This document shows, in pieces, positions 52,322 to 63,034 of a stretch of 64,000 bases of DNA (positions are counted from its first letter, which is position 1; each line of letters begins with the position of its first letter). The notes beneath the pieces are model-generated. The model made no database searches. It saw nothing but the letters and a program-made list of their open reading frames with translations, and was not told the origin of the DNA. A program made the translations under genes and the position numbers. The DNA comes from Escherichia phage vB_EcoM_SQ17: the sequence record MW882907; one strand, 5' to 3'.

Positions 52322-55300
52322 ATGGCCGACATCAAACGTAAGTTCAGAGCCGAAGACGGTCTGGACGCCGGTGGCGACAAGATTGTTAACGTAGCATTAG
52401 CCGACCGTACAGTAGGTACTGATGGCGTAAACGTTGACTTCCTGGTACAAGAAAACACCGTTCAAGTATATGATTCTACGCGTGGATATAACAAAGGATT
52501 TGTTGTTCTTTATGACAACCGTTTATATCAAGCAATAAATGATATCGTGTCTCCTTCCGGGGCATTTAACCTTTTACAATGGCGTGCAGTTCGTACCGAT
52601 GCACAATGGATAACTGTTGCTTCTGGGACTTATCAACTTTCTTCAGGTGAATCGATTTCGGTTAACACTGGTGCCGGCAATGATATGGTTTTCACATTGC
52701 CAAATACGCCGGTTGACGGTGATACTGTTGTTTTGGCTGATATTGGTGGAAGAACCGGGACAGTTAAAGTACAGATTAACGCGTCTGTGCAGAGTATTTT
52801 AAACTTTAGAGGTGAACAAGTTCGTACAGTTTTAATGACGCGCCCACGTTCACAACTATTGTTTGTGTTTAGTAATCGTTTGTGGCAGATGTATATCATT
52901 GATTACGGTAAAGAATCAATCACTGTTACACCTGCGGCACCATATCAAGCACAAGCAAATGATTTTATCGTTCGTCGTTTTACTAGTGCAGCACCAATCA
53001 ACATTACACTTCCACGTAATGCTAACAATGGTGATATAATCAGCCTAGTCGATTTAGATAAATTAAACCCACTGTATCATACAATTGTTAAAACATTTGA
53101 TGATACAACGTCTATTGGTGAAGTCGGGACTCATATTGCCGAAGGCAGAAATGACTCTGACACGTTTTTTGTTTTTGATGCTGCAAATAGTTTATGGCGT
53201 ATATGGGAAGGCGACCAGAAATCGCGTCTTCGTATTATCCGTGCGGATTCAAATATTCGTCCAAATGAAGAAGTTCTTATTTTTGGCACAAATAACGCTA
53301 CAGCCGGAACTATTAATCTTACGCTGCCTTCCGGAATTTTGAGTGGTGACACTGTTAAAATTTCAATGAACTACATGCGTAAAGGCCAAACAGTAAAAAT
53401 TAAAGCTGCCGAAGGTGATACAATTGCTTCTTCTGTCGCATTACTTCAGTTCCCTAAACGTTCCGAATATCCACCTGACGCTCAATGGGTCTCTGTTACT
53501 GAACTAGAATTCAATGGCACTACTTCATATGTTCCTGTATTAGAATTAGCGTATATCGAAGACACCGTTGCTGGTACACGTTATTGGGTTGTTAAACAAA
53601 ACGTCCCTACGGTAGAACGTGTTGATGCTGGAACTGATGCTACACGAGCTCGTTTAGGTGTTATTGCTCTTGCTACTCAAGCGCAAGCAAATGTTGATTT
53701 AGAGAATACTCCGGCTAAAGAAGTTGCTATTACTCCTGAAACGTTGGCAAATCGTACAGCAACTGAAGCTCGACGTGGTATCGCTAAAATTGCTACAACA
53801 GCACAAGTTAACCAGAATACCGATTTTGCATTCCAAGACGACTTGATTATTTCTCCTAAGAAATTGAACGAACGTACAGCAACTGAAACCCGTAGAGGTG
53901 TTGCTGAAGTTGCAACACAGGCTGAAACTAATGCTGGAACAGATGACACCACTATTATTACTCCTAAGAAATTGGATGCCCGTCAAGGTTCTGAAGTTTT
54001 ATCCGGTATTGTAAAATACACATCTACGACTGGTACTACAGCTGCTACTATTCGCGGTAATGCCGGGACTAACGTTTATAACAAAGCCGTAGATAATTTA
54101 ACTATTTCTCCAAAGGCTCTTGACCAGTATAAAGCTACCCCTACTCAGCAGGGTGCAGTAATTCTTGCTATTGAAAGTGAAGTTATCGCTGGCGAATCAC
54201 AAGCCGGTTGGGCTAATGCTGTAGTGACCCCTGAAACTCTGCATAAGAAAACTTCTACTGATGGACGTATTGGTTTAATTGAAATTGCTACGCAAGCAGA
54301 AACTAACACTGGAACTGATTATACTAGAGCAGTAACGCCTAAGACGTTAAATGATAGGAAAGCTACGGAAGGATTATCTGGCATAGCCGAAATTGCTACG
54401 CAAGTTGAATTTGATACTGGAACTGACGATACTCGTATCTCGACTCCACTGAAAATTAAAACTCATTTTGATTCTTCTGACCGTACCAGTGTTAATTCTG
54501 ATTCCGGACTTATTGAAGAAGGAACCTTGTGGAACCATTATACTCTTGATATTTCTAAAGCAAATGAAACACAACGTGGTACACTTCGCGTAGCGACCCA
54601 GGCAGAATCTAATGCAGGAACTTTAGATGATGTTCTTATTACTCCTAAAAAGCTTTTAGGGACTAAGTCCACTGAAACGTCTGAAGGCGTAATTAAGGTT
54701 GCTACTCAGGCTGAAACTGTAACAGGAACTTCTGCTAATACTGCTGTATCACCTAAGAATTTAAAATGGATTGTTCAATCAGAACCATCATGGACTGCTA
54801 CTACGGCGATTCGTGGATTCGTTAAAACTTCATCCGGTTCTATTACATTCGTTGGTAATGATACGGTTGGTTCAACACAATCTTTAGAATCATATGAGAA
54901 AAATAGCTATGCGGTATCACCATATGAATTAAACCGTGTACTTGCTAACTACTTACCGTTGAAAGCTAAAGCAGCTGATAGTAATTTGTTAGATGGTCTA
55001 GATTCTCTTCAGTTCATCCGTAGAGACATCGACCAGACGGTTAATGGTTCTTTAAGTCTTACTAAACAGACCAACCTGAGTGCTCCTTTAGTATCTACAA
55101 GCACTGCTTCTTTTGGTTCCGAAGCATCTGTTACTCGTAGATTAACTCTTAACGATTCTAGCGGTTCCGAAATAGTTTTCACTAAAGGAACCCAATCTCT
55201 TAGTAATAAAGAGAATTTCGTTGTTAGAGCATGGGGTAATAGCGCTACAGATGGTGCCCGCGATACAGTATTTGAAGCGGGTGACGAAACAGGATACCAT

Positions 55301-56155
55301 TTCTATTCTCAGCGCGCTGCTGATAATAGAGTATCATTTAATATTAATGGAACACTTTATTCAACAGGTATTGTTTCTACAAATGGATTAAATGTTACAG
55401 GTGTTTCTACCTTTACCGGGCCTATTAGTGCTACAGGCGAAATTGTTTCTAGTTCTCCTATTGCATTCAGAGCTATTAACGGTAACTATGGTGTTATGCT
55501 TTATAATGCTGGTAACAGTTCTTATATTGCATTAACTAACTCAGGTGACCAGACCGGGACGTTTAATAACTTACGCCCTATCACGATTAACAACGCCACA
55601 GGCTTAGTTCGTCTTGACAATGGTGTTCAAATCACGAGTGGTGCAACAATAACTACTGGTGGGTTAACTGTAAATAACAGAATTATTTCTAACGGCGTTA
55701 AAACTGCTACTGTTTATACCGATAAACCAACAGCTTCTACTGTAGGTTTTTGGTCTATTGACATTAACGATTCTGCTGTATATAGCCAATTCCCTGGATA
55801 CTGGACGCGTGATAACAAAGGTAACCGTGACCAAGAAATTAAATATCCTGGTACTTTGACTCAATTCGGCAATAGCTTAGATTCGCTTTATCAGGATTGG
55901 ATTTGTTATCCTACAGGTGCAAATGGCGGTAGCATTCGATATACTCGTACCTGGCAGAAAAATAAAGATGCTTGGACTTCATTTGCAATGGTATTTGATA
56001 GTGGCAACCCACCTTCACCTAGCGATGTCGGTGCTATCCCATCTGATAATGCTGTTATTGGAAACCTTACTATTCGAGACTTCTTACAATTAGGAAATGT
56101 GAGAATTGTTCCAGACCCGGTTAACAAAACAGTTAAATTTATATGGGTTGAATAA
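52322..56155 (+). CDS. 34: Long tail fibre proximal subunit gp34
   Basis: 1277 aa (T4 gp34 1289 aa); N-terminus MADIKRKFRAEDGLDAGGDKI; internal repeated ATQAE/TNAGTDDT motifs. Confidence 0.96.
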   Translation: MADIKRKFRAEDGLDAGGDKIVNVALADRTVGTDGVNVDFLVQENTVQVYDSTRGYNKGFVVLYDNRLYQAINDIVSPSGAFNLLQWRAVRTDAQWITVASGTYQLSSGESISVNTGAGNDMVFTLPNTPVDGDTVVLADIGGRTGTVKVQINASVQSILNFRGEQVRTVLMTRPRSQLLFVFSNRLWQMYIIDYGKESITVTPAAPYQAQANDFIVRRFTSAAPINITLPRNANNGDIISLVDLDKLNPLYHTIVKTFDDTTSIGEVGTHIAEGRNDSDTFFVFDAANSLWRIWEGDQKSRLRIIRADSNIRPNEEVLIFGTNNATAGTINLTLPSGILSGDTVKISMNYMRKGQTVKIKAAEGDTIASSVALLQFPKRSEYPPDAQWVSVTELEFNGTTSYVPVLELAYIEDTVAGTRYWVVKQNVPTVERVDAGTDATRARLGVIALATQAQANVDLENTPAKEVAITPETLANRTATEARRGIAKIATTAQVNQNTDFAFQDDLIISPKKLNERTATETRRGVAEVATQAETNAGTDDTTIITPKKLDARQGSEVLSGIVKYTSTTGTTAATIRGNAGTNVYNKAVDNLTISPKALDQYKATPTQQGAVILAIESEVIAGESQAGWANAVVTPETLHKKTSTDGRIGLIEIATQAETNTGTDYTRAVTPKTLNDRKATEGLSGIAEIATQVEFDTGTDDTRISTPLKIKTHFDSSDRTSVNSDSGLIEEGTLWNHYTLDISKANETQRGTLRVATQAESNAGTLDDVLITPKKLLGTKSTETSEGVIKVATQAETVTGTSANTAVSPKNLKWIVQSEPSWTATTAIRGFVKTSSGSITFVGNDTVGSTQSLESYEKNSYAVSPYELNRVLANYLPLKAKAADSNLLDGLDSLQFIRRDIDQTVNGSLSLTKQTNLSAPLVSTSTASFGSEASVTRRLTLNDSSGSEIVFTKGTQSLSNKENFVVRAWGNSATDGARDTVFEAGDETGYHFYSQRAADNRVSFNINGTLYSTGIVSTNGLNVTGVSTFTGPISATGEIVSSSPIAFRAINGNYGVMLYNAGNSSYIALTNSGDQTGTFNNLRPITINNATGLVRLDNGVQITSGATITTGGLTVNNRIISNGVKTATVYTDKPTASTVGFWSIDINDSAVYSQFPGYWTRDNKGNRDQEIKYPGTLTQFGNSLDSLYQDWICYPTGANGGSIRYTRTWQKNKDAWTSFAMVFDSGNPPSPSDVGAIPSDNAVIGNLTIRDFLQLGNVRIVPDPVNKTVKFIWVE

Positions 56156-56163
56156 GAGGTTAT

Positions 56164-57288
56164 ATGGAAAAATTTATGGCAAGGTTTGGACAGGGATACG
56201 TCCAAACGCCGTTTTTATCGGAAAGCAATTCAGTTAGATTTAAGCTAAGTATAGCGGGTTCATGCCCGCTTTCAACAACTAATCCATATATTTTGTTCCA
56301 AAACGAGCCTTTAGGGTTGCAGTCTTTTGGTATTGGACTAAATGTTAGGGTGATAAATCCGGAAAATGGAACTATAGTTGATAGTAAATTATACAATTTT
56401 GCGCCTACAAATAATGCAACTTCAGCTGCATTTATTTCGTTTGTTAATACATACGCAGATAATTTCATTTTCGCATTTATTTCTAATAACAAATTTAATT
56501 TGCCACCAGAAATAATTGAATGGTTTAAAGCTGCTGGGAGTTCAGTTATACCGTCAATTGAAGTTGCTAGTCTTGTTGATATTTCATATTCAGCGTTTTA
56601 TGTTTCAGGTAAAAATACTATTGCATTAGAACACATAAAATACAGTAATAAGAAAACAATTTCTGATTACGCAACTCCATTAGATATTGTATATGACTCT
56701 ATTGCTGATATAGGTGCTACCGGCTATCCTAGACGTACATATGAAGCTCTAGAAACGTTTTTATCTCCTGTTGGAGGAACTAACAATGAAATAAAAAGGA
56801 TGCCTACATCATCCCTTGTTACTCCTATCGCAAACTATGGATTAAAGCCTACAGATTTTCTTTATTTGAAATTTCAATTAATGGCTGATGAAGAATTATT
56901 AGAGGAAGGAACCACAAGACTTTCAATTCGTTTCTTTAAGTCTCCATCTAGCTCTCCTATATCATCTAAAGATATAAACTTTGATGGAACTGCCGGGGAG
57001 TGGAAGCTATATGAAGAATACGTTGAAATACCAGCTGAAGCTGATGGCTTTACAGTATATTGTTACCGTACGGCCTCAGTCGGTCAAGGTGGACTAAGAA
57101 ATGTTATTTTCACTGAAGTATCATGTAACGGAAGTATAGCAAAACCCGCCGAGTTTGGTATAAACGGTATTCGTGCTAATTACATTGATGAATCATTAAC
57201 CGGTAATGATATAATGGACTTGCCTACTCAGTTATCTAACGACACAGGTAAGGTATTTGGGCAGGAATTTAAAGAGTACACAGAATAA
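56164..57288 (+). CDS. 35: Long tail fibre hinge protein gp35
   Basis: 374 aa (T4 gp35 372 aa); gene order. Confidence 0.9.
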   Translation: MEKFMARFGQGYVQTPFLSESNSVRFKLSIAGSCPLSTTNPYILFQNEPLGLQSFGIGLNVRVINPENGTIVDSKLYNFAPTNNATSAAFISFVNTYADNFIFAFISNNKFNLPPEIIEWFKAAGSSVIPSIEVASLVDISYSAFYVSGKNTIALEHIKYSNKKTISDYATPLDIVYDSIADIGATGYPRRTYEALETFLSPVGGTNNEIKRMPTSSLVTPIANYGLKPTDFLYLKFQLMADEELLEEGTTRLSIRFFKSPSSSPISSKDINFDGTAGEWKLYEEYVEIPAEADGFTVYCYRTASVGQGGLRNVIFTEVSCNGSIAKPAEFGINGIRANYIDESLTGNDIMDLPTQLSNDTGKVFGQEFKEYTE

Positions 57289-57290
57289 AG

Positions 57291-57310
57291 GAGACTTCGG
57301 TCTCCTTTTC
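57291..57310 (+). terminator. Stem-loop terminator downstream of gene 35 (GGAGAC-TTCG-GTCTCC then TTTT)
   Basis: Perfect hairpin with T-run. Confidence 0.65.
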
Positions 57311-57313
57311 GCG

Positions 57314-57321
57314 TATAAATA
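57314..57321 (+). promoter_or_regulatory. T4 late promoter core TATAAATA for gene 36
   Basis: Exact TATAAATA about 27 nt upstream of gene 36 start. Confidence 0.65.
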
Positions 57322-57347
57322 CTTTAATATTAATAAGGAGACACGAA

Positions 57348-58004
57348 ATGGCCGATTTAAAAGCCGGAAGTACAGTTGGTGGTTCCGTCATATGGCATCA
57401 AGGCAATTTTCCTTTAATGCCAGCTGGCGATGACATCCTATATAAAACATTTAAATTATACACCGAATATAACAAGCCAAAAGCGGCTGATAACGATTTC
57501 GTATCTAAAGCAAATGGTGGGACATATCTCAAAAAGGTAATCTTTAACGAAGGTGTTGCAGTCAAAACAGCAGATGACCAAACGAATGGTATTTTTTCTG
57601 GCGGTGGTGACGCCGCGACATTCGACCAAACAAACATGGATATTGTTTCGTGGTATGGTGTTGGGTTTAAATCATCTCAAGGTACAGGTGAAAGAACTGT
57701 TGTAATTGATACTCGCACTGGTAATATAAGTTCTAAAGGCGTTATTGAAGCATCTCAATTCAGAGCCACAACGTTAGCACCTTTAAATAATTACGACCTT
57801 ACTCGCAAAGATTATGTTGATAGTCAAATAAATACAGTTAATGCTAATGCAAACAGTCGTGTACTCCGTTCAGGAGATACGATGACTGGCGCGCTAACCG
57901 CCCCAAATTTTTTCTCACAGAATCCTGCATCTCAACCATCGCATGTTCCACGATTTGACCAAATTGTTATTAAGGATTCTGTTCAAGATTTCGGCTATTA
58001 TTAA
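57348..58004 (+). CDS. 36: Long tail fibre distal connector gp36
   Basis: 218 aa (T4 gp36 221 aa); gene order. Confidence 0.9.
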   Translation: MADLKAGSTVGGSVIWHQGNFPLMPAGDDILYKTFKLYTEYNKPKAADNDFVSKANGGTYLKKVIFNEGVAVKTADDQTNGIFSGGGDAATFDQTNMDIVSWYGVGFKSSQGTGERTVVIDTRTGNISSKGVIEASQFRATTLAPLNNYDLTRKDYVDSQINTVNANANSRVLRSGDTMTGALTAPNFFSQNPASQPSHVPRFDQIVIKDSVQDFGYY

Positions 58005-58012
58005 GAGGACTT

Positions 58013-61000
58013 ATGGCTACTTTAAAACAAATACAATTTAAAAGAAGCAAAACTGCAGGAGCACGTCCTGCTGCTTCAGTATTAGCCGAAGGTGAATTGG
58101 CTATAAACTTAAAAGACCGTGTACTTTTTACTAAAGATGACCAAGGAAATATTATTGATCTGGGTTTTGCTAAGGGTGGTAGTATTGACGGGAATGTTAT
58201 TCATACTGGCAATTATAACCAAACTGGCGATTATACTTTAAATGGCACCTTCACTCAGACAGGTAATTTTAATTTAACTGGTATTGCTCGAGTAACTCGC
58301 GATATTATTGCCGCCGGGCAGATTATGACCGAAGGCGGAGAAATTATTACAAAAAGTTCAGGTACATCACATGTTCGTTTTTTCGATGGCAATAACCGCG
58401 AACGCGGAATCATTTATGCCCCGGCTAATGATGGATTAACTACACAAGTACTTAATATCAGGGTTAAAGACTACGCCGCTGGTAGAGAAAGCACTTATGC
58501 ATTTTCAGGCAGTGGCCTATTTACTTCACCCGAAGTATCAGCACGGAAATCTATTTCGTCTCCGCAAATTCTGACCGATAAAGTTATTACAAATGGGAAG
58601 AAGACGGGCGATTATGATATATCTTCATTAGCAAATAATAATTCTGACACAGATAAAAACTATTTGCGCGTTGTACGTACCGACCCAGCGGCCGCAATGC
58701 TCCATGAAATTTGCGAAAATAACGGCATCAGTTGGTATTCTGGTTCAACCCCTACTGATTACATGCTGTCTTTTGCTTATTCAGGTGGTTTTCAAGCTGG
58801 GCATTCGATTGCAGTAGGTATGGAATCAGGGCCTATAACATATTCAGCCTTAGGTAAAGGTTCTATTGCTATTGGTGATAATGACACCGGGTTAAAATGG
58901 CACCAGGACGGATATTTCTATACAGTAAACAACGGGACAAAAACTTTCATCTATGGTCCAGGAGAAACGCAAAGCCTTAGAAAAATGGTTATGGCTTATT
59001 CTCCAGATGGGCTTCTTATGACAACGCCACCGACAGAAAACTATGCATTAGCCACTGTTGTTACTTACCATGATAATAACGCGTATGGTGACGGTCAAAC
59101 TCTTTTAGGTTATTATCAGGGCGGTAATTATCATCACTATTTCCGCGGTAAGGGTACCACAAACATTAATACTCATGGCGGTTTGTTAGTTACTCCTGGT
59201 AATATTGATGTTATTGGCGGTTCTGTTAATATAGATGGTAGAAATAATTCTTCTACACTAATGTTTAGAGGCAACACAACAGGATACAGCTCGGTTGATA
59301 ATATGGATATTAAAGTTTGGGGTAATACGTTTGTTGATCCAAGCGGAGGTATCCGTAAAAACATTATGGAAATTTCTGATGCAACTAGCTGGATGAGCTA
59401 TATTCAAAGACTTACTACTGGCGAAGTAGAAATGAACGTTAATGGTTCATTTGAATCATCTGGTGTTACTGCTGGAGATAGAGGAGTTCACACAACAGGT
59501 GAAATTTCATCTGGAGCAGTGAATGCTCTTCGTATTTGGAACGCAGATTATGGAGCCATTTTTAGACGTTCAGAAGGAAGTCTTCATATTATTCCAACTG
59601 CTTATGGCGAAGGCAAAGATGGCGATATCGGTCCACTTCGCCCGTTTAGTATGGCTTTAGACACCGGTAAAGTTACTATTCCAGATTTACAATCAAGTTA
59701 TAATACGTTTGCTGCTAACGGTTATATTAAATTTACTGGTCATGGCGCAGGCGCTGGTGGTTATGACATTCAATATGCTCAAGCGGCTCCTATTTTCCAG
59801 GAAATTGATGATGATGCTATAAGCAAATATTATCCTATTGTTAAACAGAAGTTTTTAAATGGTAAAGCCGTTTGGTCTTTAGGTACTGAGATTAGTTCAG
59901 GTACATTCGTTATTCATCATCTGAAAGAAGATGGTTCACAAGGCCATACGTCTCGTTTTAATCAAGACGGTACTGTTAACTTCCCGGATAATGTTCTGGT
60001 CGACGGTGATATTAACATGAAAGGCGTGATGACTTTTGACGCCGGACGTTTAGGATCACGAGATTATTTTAAATTTAACCATTGGGGTGATAGTAATAAT
60101 GCTCGTGATAACATCATCCAGTTAGAAGATAGTCAAGGCGCTCATTTTTCCACTGAACGTACTTTAGCGACAGGTGCAATTAAAACTCGTTTCTTTGGCG
60201 AAACATTTACTGATGGTACATTATACCTAAATCAGATGAATAATAGCTCTGAACGATTCCATATCAATAATTTGGGAAATTCAGAAGCTGGTCGCGCGGC
60301 AGTGATGGAAGTCGGTGATTCCAAAGGTTATCACTTCTATACAGAACGCAGGACAGATAACAGTTTGACGTTTGATGTTGCTGGCACTTTTACCGTGCAT
60401 GGATCTAGCGGGATCACTATCAAAAACTCTGCTGGTGCTCGCCACATCTGGTTTAAAGATGATAGCGAATCGGAAAAGGCTGTTATCTGGGCTACAGATG
60501 AGGGTATTTTACATATACGAAATAATTATGGGGGTTCATTTAGTCATCACTTCCAGGGTGCAATGATTCTAGCGGGAGAGCGTGTTCCGTATAATAGTGA
60601 ATACGCTCTTATCCGTGGTAATATTTCCGGTGGTGCATGGGTAGACTGGCGAGATCGTCCGGCTGGATTGTTGGTAGACTGTCAGGACTCACGAACTCAA
60701 GCATATAACATTTGGAAAGCTACTCATTGGGGCGAACAGCACCTTGCGGCGATGGGTGTTCATGCTGGCGGTGGTAATCCTCATGTTGTATTGCATGTGG
60801 GTGGGAATGATTATGCATTTGCATCTAACGGTGATTTTACTGCTGGTGCTGCTGTATATTGTAACGACGTTTATATTCGTTCTGACCGTCGTCTGAAAAT
60901 TAATGTTGAAGACTACGAAGAGAATGCGGTGGATAAGGTAAATAAACTCAAAGTTAAAACCTATGATAAAGTTAAATCTCTTTCTGACCGCGAAGTTATC

Positions 61001-61234
61001 GGCCATGAGATTGGTATTATCGCACAGGATTTGCAAGAAGTATTACCGGAAGCTGTTAGCACTTCTAGTGTCGGATCTCAGGATAACCCAGAAGAAATTT
61101 TAACAATTTCAAACTCTGCTGTGAACGCGCTTTTAATTAAGGCCATTCAGGAAATGAGCGAAGAAATTAAAGAATTGAAAACGCCTCTCTTTACTAAAAT
61201 TGCTCGCAAAATTAGTAAATATTTTAAATTCTAA
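58013..61234 (+). CDS. 37: Long tail fibre distal subunit gp37 with C-terminal intramolecular chaperone (S74-like) domain
   Basis: 1073 aa; N-terminus MATLKQIQFKRSKTAGARPAASVLAEGELAINLKDR as T4 gp37; C-terminal ~120 aa with SDRRLK.NV motif typical of self-cleaving chaperone domains. Confidence 0.92.
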   Translation: MATLKQIQFKRSKTAGARPAASVLAEGELAINLKDRVLFTKDDQGNIIDLGFAKGGSIDGNVIHTGNYNQTGDYTLNGTFTQTGNFNLTGIARVTRDIIAAGQIMTEGGEIITKSSGTSHVRFFDGNNRERGIIYAPANDGLTTQVLNIRVKDYAAGRESTYAFSGSGLFTSPEVSARKSISSPQILTDKVITNGKKTGDYDISSLANNNSDTDKNYLRVVRTDPAAAMLHEICENNGISWYSGSTPTDYMLSFAYSGGFQAGHSIAVGMESGPITYSALGKGSIAIGDNDTGLKWHQDGYFYTVNNGTKTFIYGPGETQSLRKMVMAYSPDGLLMTTPPTENYALATVVTYHDNNAYGDGQTLLGYYQGGNYHHYFRGKGTTNINTHGGLLVTPGNIDVIGGSVNIDGRNNSSTLMFRGNTTGYSSVDNMDIKVWGNTFVDPSGGIRKNIMEISDATSWMSYIQRLTTGEVEMNVNGSFESSGVTAGDRGVHTTGEISSGAVNALRIWNADYGAIFRRSEGSLHIIPTAYGEGKDGDIGPLRPFSMALDTGKVTIPDLQSSYNTFAANGYIKFTGHGAGAGGYDIQYAQAAPIFQEIDDDAISKYYPIVKQKFLNGKAVWSLGTEISSGTFVIHHLKEDGSQGHTSRFNQDGTVNFPDNVLVDGDINMKGVMTFDAGRLGSRDYFKFNHWGDSNNARDNIIQLEDSQGAHFSTERTLATGAIKTRFFGETFTDGTLYLNQMNNSSERFHINNLGNSEAGRAAVMEVGDSKGYHFYTERRTDNSLTFDVAGTFTVHGSSGITIKNSAGARHIWFKDDSESEKAVIWATDEGILHIRNNYGGSFSHHFQGAMILAGERVPYNSEYALIRGNISGGAWVDWRDRPAGLLVDCQDSRTQAYNIWKATHWGEQHLAAMGVHAGGGNPHVVLHVGGNDYAFASNGDFTAGAAVYCNDVYIRSDRRLKINVEDYEENAVDKVNKLKVKTYDKVKSLSDREVIGHEIGIIAQDLQEVLPEAVSTSSVGSQDNPEEILTISNSAVNALLIKAIQEMSEEIKELKTPLFTKIARKISKYFKF

Positions 61235-61240
61235 CAACAA

Positions 61241-61258
61241 GGGGGAAATGCCCCCTTT
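61241..61258 (+). terminator. Stem-loop (GGGGG-AAATG-CCCCC then TTT) downstream of gene 37
   Basis: Hairpin with short T-run; gene 38 follows. Confidence 0.5.
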
Positions 61259-61270
61259 GGAGTATAAATT

Positions 61271-62056
61271 ATGGCAGTAGTTGGAGTTCCTGGCTGGATT
61301 GGAAGTTCAGCCGTAAATGAAACGGGTCAGCGCTGGATGAGTCAAGCAGCTGGTCAATTAAGATTGGGTGTTCCTTGCTGGATGAGTCAATTTGCAGGTC
61401 GCTCAAGAGAAATTATTCATACACTTGGAGCAGACCATAACTTCAATGGTCAATGGTTCCGAGATAGATGTTTTGAGGCAGGTAGTGCACCTATAGTGTT
61501 TAATATCACCGGAAATTTAGTATCATATAGTAAAGATGTTCCTTTATTCTTTATGTACGGCGATACGCCAAATGAATATGTTACTTTGAATATTCATGGT
61601 GGAGTTCATATGTGGGGACGAGGTGGTAACGGTACTGTAAACGGAAACCCAGGCACAAATGGCGGCGATGTAATCCAAAATGATATCGGCGGAAGACTTC
61701 GTATTTGGAACTATGGCGTTATTGCATCAGGTGGCGGCGGTGGTGGTGCAGTGTCATTACGGAATAGCTGGGCGCCAAATGCTACAGCAGGTGGCGGTGG
61801 TGGTAGACCATTTGGCATCGGCGGTGGCGGCGTTAATTGGCCTGGTGGTAATGCTAGTTATGACTCCCCTGGCGGTGCCGGTTACACTTCCCAATTCGGC
61901 GGTGGCAATGGCGGTGATGCTGGAGGTCGTGGCGGAGATGGATGGGGTAATCACTTATCTAGATCTAGATCTGGTGGTGGTGCTCCTGGCAGAGCAGTAT
62001 TCGGAAGTTCACCGTCATGGGGTGCTACAGGCACAATCTACGGCTCCTGGATTTAA
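61271..62056 (+). CDS. 38: T2-type receptor-recognising adhesin gp38 (glycine-rich motifs)
   Basis: 261 aa; N-terminus [22 protein letters not shown] and multiple poly-Gly islands separated by variable segments, as in T2/T6 gp38. Confidence 0.9.
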   Translation: MAVVGVPGWIGSSAVNETGQRWMSQAAGQLRLGVPCWMSQFAGRSREIIHTLGADHNFNGQWFRDRCFEAGSAPIVFNITGNLVSYSKDVPLFFMYGDTPNEYVTLNIHGGVHMWGRGGNGTVNGNPGTNGGDVIQNDIGGRLRIWNYGVIASGGGGGGAVSLRNSWAPNATAGGGGGRPFGIGGGGVNWPGGNASYDSPGGAGYTSQFGGGNGGDAGGRGGDGWGNHLSRSRSGGGAPGRAVFGSSPSWGATGTIYGSWI

Positions 62057-62074
62057 ACGATAATACCTCTCAAT

Positions 62075-62082
62075 TATAAATA
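62075..62082 (+). promoter_or_regulatory. T4 late promoter core TATAAATA for holin gene t
   Basis: Exact TATAAATA directly upstream of t. Confidence 0.6.
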
Positions 62083-62089
62083 TTGATAA

Positions 62090-62761
62090 ATGGGAGGTAA
62101 TATGGCAGCACCAAAAGTATCATTTTCGCCTAGTGATATTTTATTTGGGTTGCTAGACCGCATTTTCAAAGATAACGCCTCTGGAAATATTCTTATTTCA
62201 AGAGTTGCTGTTGTAGTTCTTTTGTTCCTAATGGCACTAATATGGTACAAAGGGAATATTTTTATGGATTATTACGTGAGGTCGAAATATGATACTTACA
62301 CAGAAGTAATTCAAAAAGAAAGAAATACACGATTTGAATCTGCGGCTTTAGAGCAACTACAAATAGTCCACGTCACATCAAGGGCGGATTTTAGTTCGGT
62401 GTATTCTTTCAGACCTAAAAATCTAAATTATTTCGTCGACCTTATTGCGTATGAAGGTAAGTTACCTAGCACAGTAACTGAAAAATCTATGGGAGGATTT
62501 CCTGTTGATAAAACGACAGCAGAATATTCGGTCCATTTAAGTGGACTTCACTTTACTTCTAAAACAGATTTTGCTTTCTTACCTACCAAATCAAAAACTC
62601 CGGAACTGGCGTATATGTATAGTTGTCCTTACTTCAATTTGGATAACATATATGCGGGAACTGTTTCTATGTATTGGTATAAGGGGTCGGATGTGTTAAA
62701 TGAAGAACGCTTGGCTGCAATATGCAACCAAGCAGCAAGGATATTAGGGCGGGCTAAATAA
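62090..62761 (+). CDS. t: Holin T
   Basis: 223 aa (T4 T 218 aa); N-terminus ..SFSPSDILFG.LDR.FKDNA.G..L.SRVAVV.LLF.MA..WY matches T4 holin; single TM. Confidence 0.95.
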   Translation: MGGNMAAPKVSFSPSDILFGLLDRIFKDNASGNILISRVAVVVLLFLMALIWYKGNIFMDYYVRSKYDTYTEVIQKERNTRFESAALEQLQIVHVTSRADFSSVYSFRPKNLNYFVDLIAYEGKLPSTVTEKSMGGFPVDKTTAEYSVHLSGLHFTSKTDFAFLPTKSKTPELAYMYSCPYFNLDNIYAGTVSMYWYKGSDVLNEERLAAICNQAARILGRAK

Positions 62762-63034
62762 TTAGTTGTTAGAATACATCGTCAAATGGCGATAAATATT
62801 TTCAAAACCTTCATTGAATTCACTAATCAGTGTTTTCTTTTCTTCGGCAGTTAAATTTGTAATTAGTTTTCTGAACGAATTCTGATTTAGCTGCCGACCA
62901 TCTTTTTTAATTCCAATCTCATTCAAGAATCCGATGAAATTTGCTCGGTCTTCAACAATATCTTCCCTCGAGAATTTAATCAAAATAGAAGCAACCGTAA
63001 TAATTTCACGTACAATTTCAATATCTTTATTCAT
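62762..63034 (-). CDS. asiA: AsiA anti-sigma70 factor
   Basis: 90 aa; near-identical to recalled T4 AsiA (MNK.I..VREIITVASILIKFSREDIVE.RANFI.FLNEIG). Confidence 0.96.
   Translation of the reverse strand: MNKDIEIVREIITVASILIKFSREDIVEDRANFIGFLNEIGIKKDGRQLNQNSFRKLITNLTAEEKKTLISEFNEGFENIYRHLTMYSNN

Noticed and set aside
58013-61234. gp37 being 47 aa longer than T4 gp37 as an indication of a fused extra gene
   Set aside because: The extra length is explained by the C-terminal intramolecular chaperone domain typical of T2-type fibres; the reading frame is continuous.
61700-61960. Dense GGTGGCGGTGG-type repeats that could be mistaken for a tandem repeat or CRISPR-like array
   Set aside because: They lie in frame within gp38 and encode the poly-glycine motifs characteristic of T2-type adhesins; spacer lengths are irregular and no CRISPR repeat structure exists.
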